From Sphingorhabdus sp. (GTDB lineage: Bacteria > Pseudomonadota > Alphaproteobacteria > Sphingomonadales > Sphingomonadaceae): 64,000 bases of DNA. The notes beneath the pieces were generated by a model, which was given only the letters and a program-made list of their open reading frames with translations, made no database searches and was not told the DNA's origin. A program made the translations under genes and the position numbers. The DNA lies in NCBI RefSeq assembly GCF_029865925.1, contig NZ_JARXAI010000024.1, positions 26,681 through 90,680 on the forward strand, given 5' to 3'. Of the stretch, positions 58,652-64,000 are shown one piece after another (the first letter of the stretch is position 1; each line of letters opens with the position of its first letter).

Positions 58652-60135
58652 GCAAAACTGCTGCGATCATCGGCGCCGGATTTGGTGGCCTTGCGCTTGC
58701 TATCCGCTTGCAATCTGCCGGTATTGCCGCCACCATAATCGAGGCGCGGGACAAGCCCGGCGGCCGTGGCTATTTTTGGGAGAAGGACGGTTTCACCTTT
58801 GATGGTGGACCAACGGTCATTACTGACCCGCCTTGTCTGGAGGAATTATGGGCGCTGTCTGGCCACAAGATGGCAGACGATATCGAATTGATGCCCGTTT
58901 TTCCATTCTATCGCCTGAATTGGCCAGACGGCACGAATTTCGATTATTCGAACGACGCGCCAGGTCTGAGAGCAGAGATCGAAAAGCTGAACTCCGAAGA
59001 TGTCGAGGGCTATCGCAAGTTCCTCGAATATTCAAAGGGCGTGTATAAAGATGGCTACCAAAAGCTGGGTTCAGTCGCGTTCCTCGACTTTGCATCGATG
59101 ATTAAGGCTGCACCTGCATTAATGAAATATAAGGCCTGGCGCTCGGTCTATTCGATCGTATCGTCTTATGTGAAAGACGAACGCCTACGTCAGGCATTGT
59201 CTTTCCATACCCTGCTGGTCGGCGGCAACCCGATGAGCACCAGCGCAATTTATGCGCTCATCCACACCATCGAAAAGGAAGGCGGCGTGTGGTTTGCTAA
59301 GGGCGGAACCAACCGCCTCATAGCGGCTATGGTGACGCATTTTGAACGGCTTGGCGGCACTATCCGCTTGGACGATGCTGTCGAAGAGATTGAGACGCGC
59401 GGTGACAAAGTCATCGGCGTGCGCACAAAATCGGGCTGGCGCATGGATTGCGATATGGCGGCATCGAACGGCGATTTGATGCATAGCTATCAGGACCTGT
59501 TAAAAAGCAACAAGCGCGGCGAACGCGCAACGAAATCACTCCGCCGGAAAAGTTGGTCGCCATCTTTGTTTGTGCTGCATTTGGGCATCAAGGGCACTTG
59601 GCCAGGCATTCCACACCACATGATCTTGTTTGGCCCACGATATAAGGGCCTGCTGGATGACATCTTCGTTAACGGCGTCTTACCAAAGGACTTCGCCCTC
59701 TATTTACACCATCCAACCGTGACCGACCCAAGCCTTGCGCCAGAAGGTTGCTCAACATTTTATGTGCTCGCGCCGGTTGCGCATTTGGGCAAGGCACCAC
59801 TTAACTGGGATGGCGATGTGGGCGAGGCAATGACGGAGCGGATATTGGACGAGCTTGAGCGCAGATTGATCCCTGACATCCGCAGCCGGATCATGACCCA
59901 GTTCCATTATACACCAGCCGATTTTGGCCGTGACCTATCGGCCCATTTGGGCAGCGCGTTCAGCTTAGAACCCGTTCTTTGGCAGTCCGCATATATGCGT
60001 GCGCATAATCGCGATGACGCAATATCGAACCTGTATTTCGTCGGTGCCGGCACGCACCCCGGCGCTGGCATTCCCGGTGTTGTCGGCAGCGCAAAGGCAA
60101 CCGCAGCATTAATGATGGAAGTAGCAAACGCATGA
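58648..60135 (+). CDS. crtI: Phytoene desaturase (bacterial CrtI type)
   Basis: IGAGFGGLALAIRLQ, FDGGPTVIT, LLVGGNP, YLHHPTVTDPSLAP and VGAGTHPGAGIPGVVGSAK. Confidence 0.97.
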   Translation: MSKTAAIIGAGFGGLALAIRLQSAGIAATIIEARDKPGGRGYFWEKDGFTFDGGPTVITDPPCLEELWALSGHKMADDIELMPVFPFYRLNWPDGTNFDYSNDAPGLRAEIEKLNSEDVEGYRKFLEYSKGVYKDGYQKLGSVAFLDFASMIKAAPALMKYKAWRSVYSIVSSYVKDERLRQALSFHTLLVGGNPMSTSAIYALIHTIEKEGGVWFAKGGTNRLIAAMVTHFERLGGTIRLDDAVEEIETRGDKVIGVRTKSGWRMDCDMAASNGDLMHSYQDLLKSNKRGERATKSLRRKSWSPSLFVLHLGIKGTWPGIPHHMILFGPRYKGLLDDIFVNGVLPKDFALYLHHPTVTDPSLAPEGCSTFYVLAPVAHLGKAPLNWDGDVGEAMTERILDELERRLIPDIRSRIMTQFHYTPADFGRDLSAHLGSAFSLEPVLWQSAYMRAHNRDDAISNLYFVGAGTHPGAGIPGVVGSAKATAALMMEVANA

Positions 60136-60713
60136 AGCGCCTAGCAGTTTATTGCGGGTCAGCGACGCCCGAGAACCCGGTTTACATCAACGCCGCGCGC
60201 GAAGTAGGCAAGGCACTTGCCAAGCGCGGCATTGTTGTTGTCTATGGCGGCGGGCGCTTGGGCCTTATGGGCGCTGTGGCGGACAGCGCGCTTGAAGCAG
60301 GCGGCGAAGTCATTGGCATCATCCCCGAAGCATTGGTCGGCGCAGAGGTGGCCCATAAGGGCTGCACGGAACTGCACGTGGTTTCTGGCATGCATGAACG
60401 CAAGGCCCGCTTCACCGACCTCTCCGACGGTTTTATAACTATCCCAGGCGGCGTTGGTACGATGGACGAATTGTGGGAAGCGATCAGCTGGTCACAACTT
60501 GGCTATCACCAAAAGCCGGTTGGCGTTTTGAACGTTGCCGGTTTTTACGACCAGTTGATTGCGTTTAACCAGAGTATGATCGATGTTGGTTTCATCCGGC
60601 CTCAACATGCCGGGATCATGATTGTCGATGATAATCTAAATGGCTTGCTGGATAAGATGGCGGCTTATGTGCCGCACAAGACGATTTTCCAGATGAAAGC
60701 AGATGATTTGTGA
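60132..60713 (+). CDS. LOG family protein (TIGR00730, short form)
   Basis: VYCGS, VYGGGRLGLMG, MHERK, PGGVGTMDE and KPVGVLN; ATGA-type overlap with crtI and GTGA with crtB. Confidence 0.92.
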   Translation: MKRLAVYCGSATPENPVYINAAREVGKALAKRGIVVVYGGGRLGLMGAVADSALEAGGEVIGIIPEALVGAEVAHKGCTELHVVSGMHERKARFTDLSDGFITIPGGVGTMDELWEAISWSQLGYHQKPVGVLNVAGFYDQLIAFNQSMIDVGFIRPQHAGIMIVDDNLNGLLDKMAAYVPHKTIFQMKADDL

Positions 60714-61636
60714 GAGACCGCGCCGCGCTCGTAGCGTTCGCGCAAGAAAGCATTTCGCGTGGGTCGAAATCGTTCCGATTTGCCAGCCGCCTGTTCGACC
60801 GCACCACGCGCGAACGGGTCTGGCTACTCTACGCATGGTGCCGCAAATGCGACGATATGGCCGATGGACAAGACCATGGCGGCGCGATGGAGGCGGTAAC
60901 TGATCCACAAGCGCGGCTTCATGTGATACGCGAACTGACCGCAATGGCATTGGCAGGTACACCCACAAGTGAGCCCGCCTTTGACTGTCTTGGCGTGGTT
61001 GCGCAGGAATGCGGAATTACCTCTCGCATGGCCGAAGACGTGATTGAAGGCTTCGCACTGGATGCCGCCGACTGGCGCCCGCGCCGCGAAAGCGATCTGT
61101 ATCAATATTGCTACCATGTCGCAGGCGCAGTTGGTGTCATGATGGCGGTGGTTATGGGTGTTCCGGCCGACGATGACGCGACACTTGACCGGGCATGCGA
61201 CCTTGGCCTCGCGTTTCAGCTTGCCAATATCGCTCGGGACATCGCCGAAGATGACGCAGCCGGGCGCTGTTATCTACCCGACGATTGGCTCGCCATGCTC
61301 GACATCGGGCCGGGCGAACATATGAAGCCGCATAACCGCAAGAAATTGGCGCTCATTGGCCGCTGGCTCGCCGATGAGGCTGAGCAATATGAGGCATCAG
61401 CGCGCGTTGGCGCGAAGCATTTGCCCCTGCGTGCGCGCTGGGCCGTGTTGTCGGCCGCGGGCATTTATGGCGAAATCGCGCGCAAGGTCCGCGCCGCACA
61501 AGCCCACGCATGGGATCAGCGGATATTTACAAGCAGGCCTGAAAAATTCCGTTGGGTGCGTAAGGCGTTTGTCGATGCGATTGCCAACAACCCGCGCGAT
61601 ACGAACCGCGATATGTTGTGGACGCGGGTGCGGTAA
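60710..61636 (+). CDS. crtB: Phytoene synthase
   Basis: GSKSF..ASRLF, YAWCR.CDDMAD, YCYHVAGAVGVMM, LGLAFQLANIARDI.ED...GR.YLP. Confidence 0.96.
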   Translation: MRDRAALVAFAQESISRGSKSFRFASRLFDRTTRERVWLLYAWCRKCDDMADGQDHGGAMEAVTDPQARLHVIRELTAMALAGTPTSEPAFDCLGVVAQECGITSRMAEDVIEGFALDAADWRPRRESDLYQYCYHVAGAVGVMMAVVMGVPADDDATLDRACDLGLAFQLANIARDIAEDDAAGRCYLPDDWLAMLDIGPGEHMKPHNRKKLALIGRWLADEAEQYEASARVGAKHLPLRARWAVLSAAGIYGEIARKVRAAQAHAWDQRIFTSRPEKFRWVRKAFVDAIANNPRDTNRDMLWTRVR

Positions 61637-61648
61637 ATTTGTTTAGAC

Positions 61649-61677
61649 CGTCATCCTGAATCAGGGTCAGGCTGACG
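61649..61677. repeat. Degenerate REP-like palindrome overlapping the cysQ stop codon
   Basis: CGTCATCCTGA-atcaggg-TCAGGCTGACG (11-bp arms, 1 mismatch); shares the CCTGAA...TCAGG core with the element at 26802-26864. Confidence 0.55.
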
Positions 61678-62467
61678 ACAGGATACGTGCGGCCCGCTCA
61701 GACAACCGCTCGACAGCCGCCTTATGAATCCCCGGCGCGCAGCAGATTAGTCCAAAATCCAGCGGCGCGCGTTTATTGTATGTTATAGTCTGGCCAAGCG
61801 CATCCGTTACAATCCCACCCGCCTCTTGCGCCACCAGATGCGCCGCGGCGATGTCCCATTCATTACCCCAACGCAATGTCGCTACAAGGTCGGCCCTGTC
61901 GCAGGCGACCATCGTCATGCGCATTGCAATGCTATTGGGTTTGTCGACCGTTACCAGATCGGAATCCACGCGTGGCAAATCGTCGGCCGGCACGCGTGCT
62001 CCTGCGAAATCCTGACGTATGCTGCCCGACAGCAGCGTGCCGTTGCACGTCACGCCCTCACCGCTGGCGGCAACCCAGATTTTGTCTTGCGCAGGTGCCG
62101 CCATCACGGCGAACACCGGAAGGCCATCCGCCACCAATGCCACTGACACGCACCAACCGCTGCGTCCACGCACATAGTCACGCGTTCCGTCGATTGGGTC
62201 GACGAGCCACAGCAAGCGCGCATCGAGCCGTGACGGGTCATCGATTGTTTCTTCTGAAAGCCACGCGGCCTCAGGCAATATTGCCTGCAGCCGCTTTGTG
62301 AGCAGCGCATCAACGGCTATGTCGATGTCGCTTACCGGGTTATCTTTGCTCTTTTCCCACACTTTGGTGTCGGGAGCTGCGCCATCGCGCCAGCTGGCAA
62401 AGGCCAATGCCGCTGCCTCTTGTGTGGCGGCAACAACGGCATCTCGGTCAAGCTGGCACTCAGGCAC
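61667..62467 (-). CDS. 3'(2'),5'-bisphosphate nucleotidase CysQ / inositol monophosphatase family
   Basis: PVSDIDIAVD, WLSEE, WLVDPIDGTRDY, NSIAMR...VA and EWDIAAA.L...EAGG. Confidence 0.9.
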   Translation of the reverse strand: MPECQLDRDAVVAATQEAAALAFASWRDGAAPDTKVWEKSKDNPVSDIDIAVDALLTKRLQAILPEAAWLSEETIDDPSRLDARLLWLVDPIDGTRDYVRGRSGWCVSVALVADGLPVFAVMAAPAQDKIWVAASGEGVTCNGTLLSGSIRQDFAGARVPADDLPRVDSDLVTVDKPNSIAMRMTMVACDRADLVATLRWGNEWDIAAAHLVAQEAGGIVTDALGQTITYNKRAPLDFGLICCAPGIHKAAVERLSERAARILSSA

Positions 62468-63806
62468 CTGCGATCATCATGCCGTCGATGCGCAGCGTTG
62501 GCACATTTGTGCCCCGTGTGAATTCCAAGTCATTGGCTGCTGTCATCGCCGCAAACATATCCTTCAAATTTCCGGCGATCGTGAATTCGCTGACTGCCCC
62601 CGCAATTTCACCGTTGATGATCAGGAAACCGGCTGCGCCCCGGCTGTAATCGCCCGTGACGGGGTTTACGCCCTGTCCTGCGAGTTCATGCACATAGATA
62701 CCATGCCTAATGTCGGCGATAAGTTCCGACACGCTGACGCTGCCGCCTTCCAGATGGACATTGGATGTGCTGACACCGGGAGCGCCGCCGATGCCGCGGC
62801 TGGCATGGCCTGTGGGCTCAAGTCCCAGTTGCCGCGCGGATGCGCTTTCCATCAACCAACCCGTCAGAACACCGTTTTCGATGATGGAGCGGCGCGCAGT
62901 GGGCAGGCCTTCGCCATCAAAGGCACGCGAGGCAAGCCCGCGCATGCGATGCGGATCATCAACAATAGAAATGCTGCTGTCGAACAACTGTGCGCCAAGC
63001 AATTCGAGCAGAAAGCTTGTCTTTCGCGCAATCGAAGAGCCGCCGATGCCGCCAAGCAAATGGCCGACAAAAGAGCCGCCGACGCGTGGGTCAAACACAA
63101 CTGGCATCTGACCGCTTTTGACTGTGCCGGGGTTCAACCGTTTAACCGCGCGTTCACCAGCGCGGGTGCCAATGTTGAAAGGGCTATCCAGATCGGCAAG
63201 GTGGCGCGTGGTCCGCCAGTCGTAATCCCGTTCCTTGGCGTCGCCATCGCCCGAAAGCACGCTGGCGGACATGCCATAGCCTGACCCGGATTTGACGCCG
63301 GCAAAGCCATGGCTGGTGGCCAGCGCAAAAATGGAGCGACCGGCGCTTGCGCCTGCGCCTTCACTATTGGTTACGCCGGCTACCGCGCGCGCGGCGTTTT
63401 CGCATTCGAGCGCAGCAGCACGCAGCAGGGCAGGATCGGGATCAAGGCCATCATCCCCATCAAAATCCGGAACGGCGCCTGTCAGCAATCGATCCTGCGG
63501 CGCAAGGCCAGCATATTGATCCTTCGGTGCTTCTTTCGCCATGTCTATGGCACGCGTCACGAGCCCTGCAAGAATGTCCGGGTTCATGTTGGACGAAGAA
63601 ATGGTGGCAGACCGTTGGCCAACAAAAACGCGCAGGCCGATATCTTCACCTTCGGAGCGTGCGACATCTTCCAACTGGCCAAGTCGCACTTGGACCTCAG
63701 TGGATGCATCGCAGACATATACTGCGTCAGCCGCGTCAGCGCCGGCCTTGATGGCTTGGGAAACGAGATTATGTGCGCGATCAAGCGCTTCTTGTGGGTT
63801 CAGCAT
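62460..63806 (-). CDS. TldD/PmbA-family metalloprotease subunit (PmbA-like)
   Basis: G.RVFVG.R.A, FDGEG, GHASR, N..LEGG, GQGVNPVTGDYSRGA.GF.I.NGEI and TIAGNL. Confidence 0.93.
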   Translation of the reverse strand: MLNPQEALDRAHNLVSQAIKAGADAADAVYVCDASTEVQVRLGQLEDVARSEGEDIGLRVFVGQRSATISSSNMNPDILAGLVTRAIDMAKEAPKDQYAGLAPQDRLLTGAVPDFDGDDGLDPDPALLRAAALECENAARAVAGVTNSEGAGASAGRSIFALATSHGFAGVKSGSGYGMSASVLSGDGDAKERDYDWRTTRHLADLDSPFNIGTRAGERAVKRLNPGTVKSGQMPVVFDPRVGGSFVGHLLGGIGGSSIARKTSFLLELLGAQLFDSSISIVDDPHRMRGLASRAFDGEGLPTARRSIIENGVLTGWLMESASARQLGLEPTGHASRGIGGAPGVSTSNVHLEGGSVSVSELIADIRHGIYVHELAGQGVNPVTGDYSRGAAGFLIINGEIAGAVSEFTIAGNLKDMFAAMTAANDLEFTRGTNVPTLRIDGMMIAGA

Positions 63807-63851
63807 TCCCCCGCTTAGGCGCGGGCAATTACAGCGTCAATCGAGCCGCAA

Positions 63852-64000
63852 TCAAAAAACGGTGAACAGCACCGCCAATACAGCAGGAATGGCAATCGCC
63901 GCGCCCCACAGTTTCAGCCGATCTGCATAATAGCGGGTTTCAAGCCCATCACCTGGATACGCATTGTCATTGAGCGCCTGCCAACGCCGTTCCAAATTAC
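63852..64000 (-). CDS. C-terminal part of a membrane protein (truncated by window edge)
   Basis: Open frame NLERRWQALNDNAYPGDGLETRYYADRLKLWGAAIAIPAVLAVLFTVF-stop, ending in a TM helix. Confidence 0.6.
   Translation of the reverse strand, partial: NLERRWQALNDNAYPGDGLETRYYADRLKLWGAAIAIPAVLAVLFTVF

Noticed and set aside
62298-63284. 328-aa plus-strand ORF opposite pmbA/cysQ (likewise 53875..54594, 6174..6866 and 26148..26801)
   Set aside because: Antisense shadows typical of GC-rich coding sequence; no RBS or motifs.

Overview
This is a dense, mostly housekeeping segment of an alphaproteobacterial chromosome. Gene content and promoter style point to Sphingomonadaceae, possibly Sphingorhabdus-like; that is inference, no search was run. 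About 63 coding regions can be supported. They include galU, msrA, an RND pump pair, sua5/tsaC, rpmB, tadA, a LytS/LytTR pair, purA-hisZ-serA-serC, pheA, polA, hslVU, map, argC, thiC with a clear TPP riboswitch, a carotenoid cluster (crtG, crtY, crtI, crtB) and pmbA/cysQ. I saw no tRNA, rRNA, CRISPR array, integrase or transposase. Items the ORF track misses or mis-calls: (1) a decayed ~470-bp internal fragment of the large NAD-glutamate dehydrogenase, with a TGG>TAG nonsense change and a 4-nt deletion; (2) a DUF2171 stress gene with an intact EcfG-type promoter and RBS but AAG where ATG is expected; (3) a 41-aa basic small protein; (4) a ~170-nt three-domain structured intergenic element that matches no RNA family I recognise. 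Candidate uncharacterised modules are an MBL hydrolase-crtG-DUF2141 operon with ~80 nt of dual coding, a PepSY plus MsrQ-like pair lacking MsrP and one heme His, an orphan Stealth phosphotransferase, and an orphan PhnZ-like HD protein. All family calls come from motif recognition by eye, and most long antisense ORFs in the track are shadows of real genes.
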